Below are positions 44,316 through 51,734 of a stretch of 51,734 nt of DNA, in pieces (within the stretch, counting starts at the first letter, position 1; each line of letters starts with the position of its first letter). The stretch is from Bdellovibrionota bacterium (GTDB lineage: Bacteria > Bdellovibrionota_C > UBA2361). The notes below the pieces were generated by a model, which saw nothing but the letters and a program-made list of their open reading frames with translations, was not told the DNA's origin and made no database searches. Position numbers and translations under genes: made by a program. The stretch is from NCBI GenBank assembly GCA_041739515.1, contig JBGSNS010000028.1:1-51734 (forward strand), given 5' to 3'.

Positions 44316-44936
44316 GTGCGAGATACTGCGCGGGTGTCTTTTCGTTATCTTTTAGCGGTCGATCCAAGCTTAACCTGCTCAGGATGGGCGCTTTTTAATA
44401 TCTCGTCTGAACGACTTGCTTCGGTGGGTAAGCTACGAAGTTTGCCTCCTACCAGTCCTTTGGCGCATAGGCTTGTGGACCTTCAACAGCGGATTACAGA
44501 CCTTTACAGCCTGCTTAGACTTGGAGACGCAGACGTTCTGGTAGCGGAGGCTCCAACGACGATGCGAGATCCGCGAGCTGCCATTAAAGTGGAGCAGGTT
44601 CGAACGATTTTTGAGACGATCGGTCGTGGTAGGGGATTGCTTGTTCCTGGTCGTCTGAATCCACGCTCCATTCATCATGAGTTGTTAGGGTTGCGAGGGA
44701 GACAACGACCACGTGCTGAGGTCAAAGAGATGGCGGTACAGGTCGTCTCCCGTTTGTTTACCGACGATCTCGCAGCGATAAACTTTGGAAGCGATGTTGA
44801 TCACTTGAGAAAACATCAGGATATAGTTGACGCACTGCTGCTGGGGTATCTCGGGATGGCGCGAGTTCGGTCGGCGGTACAGACAGGGAGTGCTGTCTCG
44901 GAACAGTTTAAATCTCGGGCGGAGAAGAGATGGTAA
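44316..44936 (+). CDS. Divergent RuvC-fold nuclease
   Basis: 206 aa. LLAVDPSLTCSGWALF (compare RuvC ILGIDPGSRVTGYGVI), VLVAEAP (catalytic Glu context) and QDIVDALLLGYLG (compare DAADALAIAITH). GTG start at 44316 or 44334. No ruvA or ruvB nearby. Confidence 0.6.
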   Translation: MRDTARVSFRYLLAVDPSLTCSGWALFNISSERLASVGKLRSLPPTSPLAHRLVDLQQRITDLYSLLRLGDADVLVAEAPTTMRDPRAAIKVEQVRTIFETIGRGRGLLVPGRLNPRSIHHELLGLRGRQRPRAEVKEMAVQVVSRLFTDDLAAINFGSDVDHLRKHQDIVDALLLGYLGMARVRSAVQTGSAVSEQFKSRAEKRW

Positions 44937-46156
44937 CGGATTTTACGAAAATTTGTCTAAATGTCGCGTTTACATGTGCAATCGGTGTTTTCGTTTTTTA
45001 CTTCGGGTCGGCGCCTGCCAGCGTTTATGCCAACGATGAATCTGAGAGTCACGTTAATAATCAAGACCGTGATCATGACGGTGGTCATGAGGAATCAGCA
45101 CAGAATCGGAAAGCTGGGCGATCCGTAAAGGACCTTTTGGCCAAAGATGATCCGCGTGGACCCCCGGAGCTGGTTCTTTGCAGTCAGAATCTTAACAATT
45201 TGGGAGATTTCGCACTGACTAAGCGCAGACTCGATACGTCTATGACACTGGGTACGTTTAATGCAAAAATTGCTGGATTGGCTAAACGCATGATTACTGG
45301 AGAATGCGATGTCGTAGCCGTCCAGGAATTGCTTGGAGCAAATGAAGCTGAAGCCACTGAGAATTTGACACGCATTGCCAAGGTTCTGCACTTTCACACT
45401 GGAAGAGTGTTCGATGTGATAGTCGGGAAGACTAATGATCCAGTATCCCGCGTCGGATATTTGATGGCGACAGATCGCGTTGAGATGTTGGCACAGGTTT
45501 CGTACAATCGCGTAGAATTACCGAAGATTTTACCTAAGGAGCGACCTAGGTTTTTCCTTCGAGGGCCGCTTGAATTGCAACTTTCGGTGCGTGGACGAAA
45601 TGGGAGCAAATCTAAGATCGTTACCGTAGTGAATTTTCACCTCAAATCAAAAGGTGGCCGAGAGCGAGATCCAGCTGAACTCGAATGGGAGACTTATCGA
45701 ATGCAGATGGCCGAGGCCATTCGGAGGATCGTTGAATCTCGTCACGAGCGCGCCTTTGGTAGTGGAGAGACCCTTCTTGTTTTGTTGGGTGATAGGAATA
45801 GTAATTTCGACTCAGCAGCAAATGATATCCTTTCTGGGACTCTCACGCTGGATGATTTTAAGTTAAAGGGCGGATGCCGCTTGTCTAAGCGTGGCGTTGC
45901 CTTTTGTCAGAAAGAAAAACATCGTCCGCTGCGTCTTTTTAGTCTGCTGCAGAGCGACCCACAAACCAAAACCTTGACCGGAACGTTTCATCTTCGCAAC
46001 GTCTATTCTTGGTTAGATGATATCTTGGTGTCGCAGGAGACAATGAGATTTGCGTGGGAGAACTACGCGATTGAAGGGGACTATACGAGTTTCGTAATTA
46101 ATGAGCCGGCCGATGTATCGGACCACGCCTTGATCGGCGCGAGTTTCAATTGGTGA
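44930..46156 (+). CDS. Secreted endonuclease/exonuclease/phosphatase (EEP) family protein
   Basis: 408 aa. Signal/anchor ICLNVAFTCAIGVFVFYFGSAPASVYA. EEP motifs SQNLNN, CDVVAVQEL, VNFHLKS, LGDRNS, VSDHAL. Its start overlaps the RuvC-like stop (ATGGTAA). Confidence 0.8.
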   Translation: MVTDFTKICLNVAFTCAIGVFVFYFGSAPASVYANDESESHVNNQDRDHDGGHEESAQNRKAGRSVKDLLAKDDPRGPPELVLCSQNLNNLGDFALTKRRLDTSMTLGTFNAKIAGLAKRMITGECDVVAVQELLGANEAEATENLTRIAKVLHFHTGRVFDVIVGKTNDPVSRVGYLMATDRVEMLAQVSYNRVELPKILPKERPRFFLRGPLELQLSVRGRNGSKSKIVTVVNFHLKSKGGRERDPAELEWETYRMQMAEAIRRIVESRHERAFGSGETLLVLLGDRNSNFDSAANDILSGTLTLDDFKLKGGCRLSKRGVAFCQKEKHRPLRLFSLLQSDPQTKTLTGTFHLRNVYSWLDDILVSQETMRFAWENYAIEGDYTSFVINEPADVSDHALIGASFNW

Positions 46157-46196
46157 GTACCTCAGAACAACTAAGTTATATAGGCATTCAAGTCTA

Positions 46197-47030
46197 CTAG
46201 CCCTTTGTGGCGAAACTCATTAACGCCCGACACGTTTCGTCACCCGCCTTTCTGATCGCCCGTACGAACCGTGGCGAGGGATTTTTAATAAAATCCTCCG
46301 GAATATGATAAAGAGAGTCATACAATTCACTAGCAAGAGTTTCCATGGAAGGACTAGGAGTGGAATTTTTAACCGTAGTTCCAAAATTTTCGGAGAACTC
46401 CTGAATTAGATCGCCGGTAACCTGAATGACTCCGGAAATATGTTGTAAAGCTAGCGCTCCCGTAAGAGTGCCACTCCAAGGGAGACTAAGTCCCGAAATC
46501 GTCAACTCAGCTAAGGATCGCAACGACTCGACTGAGCGTATTAGCTCGAGACCCGCTCCAGGCGCTGGGATCTCTTTGCCACGATAAAATCCCAAGGATT
46601 GGTCGACCACCAATAATCCGTCCGGTTCGATAAAGTAAGCAGCGCTTGACGGCGTTGCTAGGGCTAGTGGAATTCGTTTGATGGTTACAGCACCGAGGTC
46701 TAGGGCTGCACTATCAGCGGAGATCTCGAACAATCCGGGAGGCGAGTTTTTGCGTCCCTTGTTGGTGACGATCGCTTTTGATCGTGCTGTGAGTTCCGCT
46801 GGAAAGTATAAACGCTCCGCATCGTCTGCAGTAAAGAGCCTGTAGACTGCGCGATGATCGAGCTGGATTTCAAGTTTTGATATGCGCTGCTCTAGTAGTG
46901 AAACTTCATCGGATGCGCACCCATCAATGAAGGCAATTCCTCTTTCGCCCTCAACGATCCAGCGCTGTGAGTCGCCGAGACTCGCTTGGATCACGTGCGG
47001 TGAGATACGAAAAGACGAAGGGATTAACAT
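46197..47030 (-). CDS. Hypothetical protein, possibly a degenerate metallo-beta-lactamase fold
   Basis: 277 aa. RWIVEGERGIAFIDGC resembles the MBL-fold opening strands, but LFTADDAERL stands where HxHxDH would be. It lies downstream of recA on the same strand. Confidence 0.5.
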   Translation of the reverse strand: MLIPSSFRISPHVIQASLGDSQRWIVEGERGIAFIDGCASDEVSLLEQRISKLEIQLDHRAVYRLFTADDAERLYFPAELTARSKAIVTNKGRKNSPPGLFEISADSAALDLGAVTIKRIPLALATPSSAAYFIEPDGLLVVDQSLGFYRGKEIPAPGAGLELIRSVESLRSLAELTISGLSLPWSGTLTGALALQHISGVIQVTGDLIQEFSENFGTTVKNSTPSPSMETLASELYDSLYHIPEDFIKNPSPRFVRAIRKAGDETCRALMSFATKG

Positions 47031-47107
47031 CGTACCGATCAGTGTACGGCATCGATCGGTGGCTAAGCTAGGGGGGCTGGGAACTGAATTCCTGGTTTCC
47101 TTGTTTC

Positions 47108-47131
47108 CTGGACCGCGGACCGGCGGTCCGC
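47108..47131. repeat. REP-like hairpin, third variant of the same family
   Basis: CCTGGACCGCGGACCGGCGGTCCGC contains the hairpin GCGGACC-ggc-GGTCCGC (47115-47131). It is collinear with CCTGGGAGCGCGGAGCGTTGCTCCGC at 11 kb and sits between recA and the next gene. Confidence 0.6.
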
Positions 47132-47196
47132 CAGATCGTTGAGCAAAATTCGATCAAGCGGGCCAGCGGTCCAAGAGTCCATGGGTTTCAGGTTTC

Positions 47197-48330
47197 CTAC
47201 GCCGCTTCGCTCTTCTTCTTTGCTATAACCGGTGCAGCTACAGCTACCTTTGGCGCCTTATCGGCGTTGCTCGCTGGTTCAATAGCAGGTGTCTTACTTG
47301 TAATTGCCGCATCGACACCAACCGTTGAAAGGATCAGACTGCGAATCTCTTTCTGGAGCTCCGGATGTTCTCGCAGGTAGGCCTTAGCCGACTCGCGTCC
47401 TTGGCCGACGCGCTCGCCGCGAAATGAGTACCATGCTCCCATTTTATCTAAGATTCCCTTCTCAGCACCGAGGTCAACGAGCTCCCCAATCTGAGAAATT
47501 CCCTCGTTAAAAATAATGTCGAACTCAGCTTCACGAAACGGCGGAGCGACCTTGTTTTTAACGATCTTGACTCTAGAACGGTTACCCTTAATGTCTCCAT
47601 CCTCGTTGTCAGTATCTTTGATTGATCCGATTCGACGCACGTCCATACGTACCGATGCATAGAACTTAAGCGCATTACCACCGGTGGTAGTTTCAGGTGA
47701 CCCGAACATTACACCGATTTTCATCCTGATTTGGTTAATAAACAGAATCGTAGTTTGGCTCTTAGCAGAAAGGGCCGTCATCTTACGTAATGCCTTACTC
47801 ATTAAGCGTGCCTGCAATCCCGGTTGCTGGTCGCCCATCTCGCCATCGATTTCAGCTTTCGGAACAAGTGCAGCCACCGAGTCAATGACCACTAAATCTA
47901 CTCCTCCGGTTTGAATCAAAGTTTCACAAATCTCTAGCGCCTGTTCACCACAGTCCGGTTGGCTCACTAGTAATTTGGCAGTATCGACACCGAGTTTTTT
48001 TGCGTATCCGACATCAAGCGCATGTTCGGCATCGATGAATACTACTGTTCCACCGGCCTTCTGAACTTCTGCAGCCAAATGCAGCGCAAGAGTCGTCTTT
48101 CCGGATGACTCCGGTCCATAAATTTCACAAATTCGACCTTTAGGGATACCGCCTATTCCAAGTGCGATATCGATCCCAAGACTCCCGGTAGAATAGGCGG
48201 CGATTTTCTCCGTCGCCTTGCCACCGAGATTCATAATCGCTCCCCGACCGTAACGCTTCTCAAGCACTGAGATAGCTGAGCTTAATGCTTTTTCCTTATC
48301 TGCACTGATGTCGACGTTTCCCTTTTCCAT
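47197..48330 (-). CDS. recA: Recombinase RecA
   Basis: 377 aa with [16 protein letters not shown], conserved L1/L2 loop regions, and a C-terminal Ala/Lys-rich extension. Confidence 0.97.
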   Translation of the reverse strand: MEKGNVDISADKEKALSSAISVLEKRYGRGAIMNLGGKATEKIAAYSTGSLGIDIALGIGGIPKGRICEIYGPESSGKTTLALHLAAEVQKAGGTVVFIDAEHALDVGYAKKLGVDTAKLLVSQPDCGEQALEICETLIQTGGVDLVVIDSVAALVPKAEIDGEMGDQQPGLQARLMSKALRKMTALSAKSQTTILFINQIRMKIGVMFGSPETTTGGNALKFYASVRMDVRRIGSIKDTDNEDGDIKGNRSRVKIVKNKVAPPFREAEFDIIFNEGISQIGELVDLGAEKGILDKMGAWYSFRGERVGQGRESAKAYLREHPELQKEIRSLILSTVGVDAAITSKTPAIEPASNADKAPKVAVAAPVIAKKKSEAA

Positions 48331-48390
48331 AACAACTCTCTCCTAATATAAATCAATTAAATACTAATCAAAAAAATTTGAATTTCTTAT

Positions 48391-49119
48391 CTAGTGAAAC
48401 TCACGAATCACCCCAACGAGCGTTCCTTGGATCGTTACGTTGTCTACCGTGATCGGAGTCATCGTAGGATTTGCTGGAATGAGCATCACTTTACCGTTCT
48501 TCAATCGTCGATATCGCTTCAAAGTTGCGGTGCCATCATCCAATAATGCAACAACGATCGATCCATCGTCCGCTGAGTCAGCTTTGCTCACCACTATGAT
48601 ATCTCCATCGCAGATATGTTCATCGATCATTGAGTTGCCGCTAACCTCTAGGCAAAAGACCTCCTGGCCGGAGCGAATCATGGTTGGAGGAACATCAATC
48701 GTCGCACTCGTTTCGATAGCATCGATCGGCATCCCGGCAGCGATAACCCCAACGAGAGGGACCGCGGTCGGTCCAAGTTGGGGTCTGTGTGATTCTGTAA
48801 ACTCAAGGGCACCATCCTCTCCACGTACTATGAACCCCTTGTCCTCAAGTCGCTCGAGATGAAAATGAGCGGTCGATAACGATTTTACCCCGATATGCTC
48901 CGATATTTCTTTAAGGCTAGGGGCATACCCACGTTCCGCCACGAAACTACGCAAAAAATCTAACGTTTGCCGCTGCACCGGGGCCAGTGTAGTGCCTTTG
49001 GCTGACACCATTACTTTGGCCGACACCATAAGAGGAGCCGATATTGAAACTGGAGCTTCAGCCAAATCTACTTCAACTAAGCGCATCTTTATCTCTTTGG
49101 ATTTTTGGCCATTCTTCAT
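48391..49119 (-). CDS. lexA: LexA repressor; start uncertain
   Basis: Winged HTH: QRQTLDFLRSFVAERGYAPSLKEISEHIGVKSLSTAHFHLERLEDKGFI. Autocleavage domain: VSGNSMIDEHICDGDIIVV ... ATLKRY. The longest ORF is 242 aa; starting at Met31 or Met37 would give the usual length of about 206-212 aa. Confidence 0.92.
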   Translation of the reverse strand: MKNGQKSKEIKMRLVEVDLAEAPVSISAPLMVSAKVMVSAKGTTLAPVQRQTLDFLRSFVAERGYAPSLKEISEHIGVKSLSTAHFHLERLEDKGFIVRGEDGALEFTESHRPQLGPTAVPLVGVIAAGMPIDAIETSATIDVPPTMIRSGQEVFCLEVSGNSMIDEHICDGDIIVVSKADSADDGSIVVALLDDGTATLKRYRRLKNGKVMLIPANPTMTPITVDNVTIQGTLVGVIREFH

Positions 49120-49234
49120 AGGAATTGGATATAGAAGAAGACTAGAAGTAATGCAAGCAGTAAAATATAGCTCAGGGTTTTATTGAAGCTCTCCGACACT
49201 ACCCTTACGTAGTTGCAACAAGGATGTTTGCAAT

Positions 49235-49669
49235 TTGCTGTTCAATCGCAGTCATGGAGAGACATATACAATGCGTAAGCAAGTACGACTGCTCGTAGTC
49301 GACGATCACCCTGAATTCTGCGATTTAGTAAAAGAAATTGTTGATCTATCAGGGCATGTATTTGAAATTACATGCGAATTCGCCGCAAATAAGGCTACAG
49401 CTCGGAATTTGATGAAGACTTTCGAGCCTTCCGTGGTGCTGCTCGATGCTCACCTAGAGGACGGTAACAGCCTGCAATGCTTAGATGACTGGAAGCACCT
49501 GCCTGCCCAGGTCGTGGTAACGAGCGTACAGAACTCAGCTTCTATCGAAAAAGCAGCCCGCAACGGCGGAGCGAGTGGATACTGCCCCAAATCTAATAAA
49601 ATCGAGGATGTTGAACGTCTCGTGCATGAACTAGCTGAAATGGCTGGGGATGCGTATCGCATCCACTAG
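49235..49669 (+). CDS. Single-domain response regulator (CheY-like receiver)
   Basis: VRLLVVDDHPEF, VVLLDAHLEDG, VVVTS, YCPKS. The likely real start is the ATG at 49271 (MRKQVRLLVVDD). Confidence 0.8.
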   Translation: MLFNRSHGETYTMRKQVRLLVVDDHPEFCDLVKEIVDLSGHVFEITCEFAANKATARNLMKTFEPSVVLLDAHLEDGNSLQCLDDWKHLPAQVVVTSVQNSASIEKAARNGGASGYCPKSNKIEDVERLVHELAEMAGDAYRIH

Positions 49670-49741
49670 TTGGAACGTTCGTTTACGAGAATTGCGTATT
49701 TGTTGACCTAGCCGAAGCACCCGGGGAATTTAGCCCGATCG

Positions 49742-50281
49742 GTGGGCATGAATACCAATTCATTCATCGCAATATTCGGACTCTGCTCAGTCGTCGCATC
49801 GATCGCAGCTCCAGTTTTTAGCGCAATGCCTGAGTGTCCGTCGATCAAAACTGCAATGGAAGCAAATCGCGTTTACGTCGACTTCGCTGCTGATGTGCGC
49901 CTACGCTTGACTCAAGATCGAGGGGAAAGTGAAGTGGCATTGCGAGCAATCTCAGCATTCGAATCGAACGCAACTATCGAACGTCAAATAAACGAAGGGC
50001 AGGCTCTGACTGTTAGCGCTCTAGATTCAGTTAGTATGAAACCTGTTGTCGAGGTCTTTACCAACAATTCAACTTCCGGCATCGACTACGTTGCGGTTTA
50101 TCATCGTGCAAACTCAGCGATCGTCGTCAGTAGTTTTAACGGAGAGTCCCCGCGTTGTGAACGTTTGTCTAACGGCGCCGCAGCGGATTTTGTTTCAGAT
50201 CTCGCGCACGCACACACTGCAGCGACAGCGAGTTTACTCTTTGCATCCTCTGATCAGGTATACGAACGTTTGGGATTGTAA
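49742..50281 (+). CDS. Secreted hypothetical protein
   Basis: 179 aa with a signal peptide (NSFIAIFGLCSVVASIAAPVFSA). No family recognised. GTG start. Confidence 0.5.
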   Translation: MGMNTNSFIAIFGLCSVVASIAAPVFSAMPECPSIKTAMEANRVYVDFAADVRLRLTQDRGESEVALRAISAFESNATIERQINEGQALTVSALDSVSMKPVVEVFTNNSTSGIDYVAVYHRANSAIVVSSFNGESPRCERLSNGAAADFVSDLAHAHTAATASLLFASSDQVYERLGL

Positions 50282-50318
50282 CTTCAATTACTTGGACGAT
50301 GCTCTTATTCCGACAATG

Positions 50319-51107
50319 CTATTCTGATAAAGCTTCGCGTATCACCGTTTCACATCGATCTACTACCTGTTGTAGATCTGCGGTGTCGGAAACTGGGGAG
50401 TGAATCTTACAGAATACCGAGATCCCGAATGGTACCGGGAGGAAGCCAAACCGCATTATTCGCCACGCACCATCGATCGACAGCGGTACGACAAGGGCAC
50501 CTGGCAGCTCGGTCAACAAGAGCTTAATGCCGCCAGGCTTAAACTTTTTGAGTCTTCCATCCCGCGCACGAGTACCTTCGGGAAATATAACAACTGTCCC
50601 TGAAAGTCCGCTAACAGTTTGCGCAACCCGTTTTATTTCTTCAGCCGCTTGCGCCGCATCACCGCGGTCTATCAAGGCGTGCCCATTTGTTCGCAACACG
50701 TATGAGGCTGACGGAATGCCTTGGCTAAGCGATCGTTTCGCAATGAATTTCGTGTGACGACCTCGGAGAAACCAAATTAACAACGGGATATCAAACAAAC
50801 TTTGGTGGTTGGATACGATGATAAGAGGACCAGTTTTTGGGAGATGTTCGCTGCCGCTAAAATCGATGTTCCCACCGGTTAACCGAAAACAGACCAGTAA
50901 CAACCGATTTCCCAACGCGATGAACGCATCGTGTGTATTCTGAGAAAATATCCGCCGTGAAATAGCTATCAGCGGATGCCATATCAAAAGAGTCAGAAGC
51001 GAGGTTAGTAAAAATAACGGTGTAAGGATCCATCCGATTGCGATTGCGATTGCTGGCTCTTTCCGCAGGTGTGCTGAGTTCTTCATGTGCGGGTTATCTT
51101 TTGGCAT
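50319..51107 (-). CDS. plsC: 1-acyl-sn-glycerol-3-phosphate acyltransferase
   Basis: 262 aa with an N-terminal TM, the acyltransferase block VSNHQSLFDIPL, and FPEGTRARDG. Confidence 0.85.
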   Translation of the reverse strand: MPKDNPHMKNSAHLRKEPAIAIAIGWILTPLFLLTSLLTLLIWHPLIAISRRIFSQNTHDAFIALGNRLLLVCFRLTGGNIDFSGSEHLPKTGPLIIVSNHQSLFDIPLLIWFLRGRHTKFIAKRSLSQGIPSASYVLRTNGHALIDRGDAAQAAEEIKRVAQTVSGLSGTVVIFPEGTRARDGRLKKFKPGGIKLLLTELPGALVVPLSIDGAWRIMRFGFLPVPFGISVFCKIHSPVSDTADLQQVVDRCETVIREALSE

Positions 51108-51591
51108 CTCTTAGCATTAAAGCGTTGGCGTGTGCAGCTTTGAGTACCGCGGCTAGTCTATCGGGAAGAGCGGCGATGAGCGATGGCTCAATGTTCGGTA
51201 GATGATCTGATTCTGTGGGATGTAGATGAGCGTGGCGAAGGTCATCGATTAGTACGATCGCAAGTCCAAGCGCTGAGAGATTCGGTGCTGAATGTATCGG
51301 GTTATTAGCGAGTGTTACTAACAATGACAGGAGATCTGGATGTGGCTGCGGCATTTGAAGCTCTTTCAAGGCGATTACCATGAGCCTTGCGGGGCGTGGA
51401 TTGAAACTTGTGCCAGGCGTTCGGAGTGTGTGATTCGCCTCAGAAAGATCTTCTTTGGCGCAGACTGCTTTGTAGGCATCTTTGATGGCCCCTACGATGG
51501 TGGCCGGTACGTTCGCGCGTGCAAGCGAGCTAGAAAGTCCAGGCGCATCAACAGACAAGTCACCTGTAAACATATAACTACCTGATACCAC
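51094..51591 (-). CDS. Hypothetical protein, co-transcribed with plsC
   Basis: 165 aa with normal composition. It overlaps the plsC start by 14 nt. No motif recognised. Confidence 0.45.
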   Translation of the reverse strand: MVSGSYMFTGDLSVDAPGLSSSLARANVPATIVGAIKDAYKAVCAKEDLSEANHTLRTPGTSFNPRPARLMVIALKELQMPQPHPDLLSLLVTLANNPIHSAPNLSALGLAIVLIDDLRHAHLHPTESDHLPNIEPSLIAALPDRLAAVLKAAHANALMLRDAKR

Positions 51592-51734
51592 TACATATTG
51601 GGAGCTTTCGTAGTTTTGAGGGTTTCGTTACCATACAGAGTCTTTAATATCAGGCTTGAGGGCGGGGTAAACTAGATGCGAATCGATAAATTACAATTCC
51701 AGCACGGTATGCCTTTGAGGTTGGCCGTAATCGC

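Noticed and set aside
48331-48390. SOS box between lexA and recA, and upstream of lexA at 49120-49234
   Set aside because: There are only AT-rich direct repeats (ATTGATT x2; TTGCAA x2; GTAA x2). No palindrome matches the E. coli-type, Bdellovibrio/cyanobacterial-type or Gram-positive-type LexA boxes.
51676-51734. Possible + strand gene start (MRIDKLQFQHGMPLRLAVI...) running off the right edge
   Set aside because: Only 19 codons are visible, with no motif and a weak RBS. That is insufficient to call a CDS.
1-51734. Scan for CRISPR arrays, tRNA/rRNA/tmRNA genes, transposases, integrases, reverse transcriptases and known defence-system genes
   Set aside because: No regularly spaced direct repeats, no T-loop or anticodon-arm-like structures in intergenic gaps, and no ORF with the corresponding catalytic motifs. 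Apart from VapBC, the window contains no recognisable mobile-element enzyme or defence gene.

Overview
51.7-kb, densely coding chromosomal segment of a Gram-negative bacterium (LPS genes kdsB and gmhA, a FliG, about 50% GC by eye). The lineage cannot be fixed from sequence alone. Most genes are housekeeping: feoA-feoB plus an unlisted 38-aa Cys-rich ORF, a VapBC module, a folD-gcvT-gcvH-gcvP operon, ald, a secreted trypsin-like protease, a DUF360-rsgA-ung-upp operon, a monocistronic fliG, an AmgK-like kinase/MurU pair, an acyl-CoA dehydrogenase, and an 8.1-kb cyclic beta-1,2-glucan synthase gene. Then come a cNMP-binding protein, an MsbA/NdvA-type ABC exporter and a receiver-DHp protein, followed by gmhA-fapA-CBS, a hemJ-like gene, sppA, trhO and an HTTM-protein pair. 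The right-hand part holds a pdhA-pdhB-gammaCA-ridA-kdsB-phosphatase string, a RuvC-like/EEP nuclease pair, lexA-recA, a CheY-like receiver and plsC. I saw no rRNA, tRNA, CRISPR array, transposase or integrase. No recognisable defence island is present. The best candidates for something undescribed are: (1) one ORF fusing an AmgK-type anomeric sugar kinase to the C-terminal domain of RapZ, coupled to murU; (2) an SdpA/SdpB-like (HTTM) two-gene module with no visible substrate gene; (3) a divergent RuvC-fold nuclease coupled to a secreted EEP nuclease next to lexA-recA, followed by a degenerate MBL-like protein in the recX position; (4) a 399-bp AT-rich element with terminal inverted repeats embedded in a REP-like hairpin repeat family that shows compensatory stem changes; (5) the regulatory genes around the glucan synthase and exporter, namely a tandem octamer array, a cNMP-binding protein and a receiver-DHp protein lacking an ATPase domain. 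All functional calls rest on motif recognition by eye, and no database search was run.
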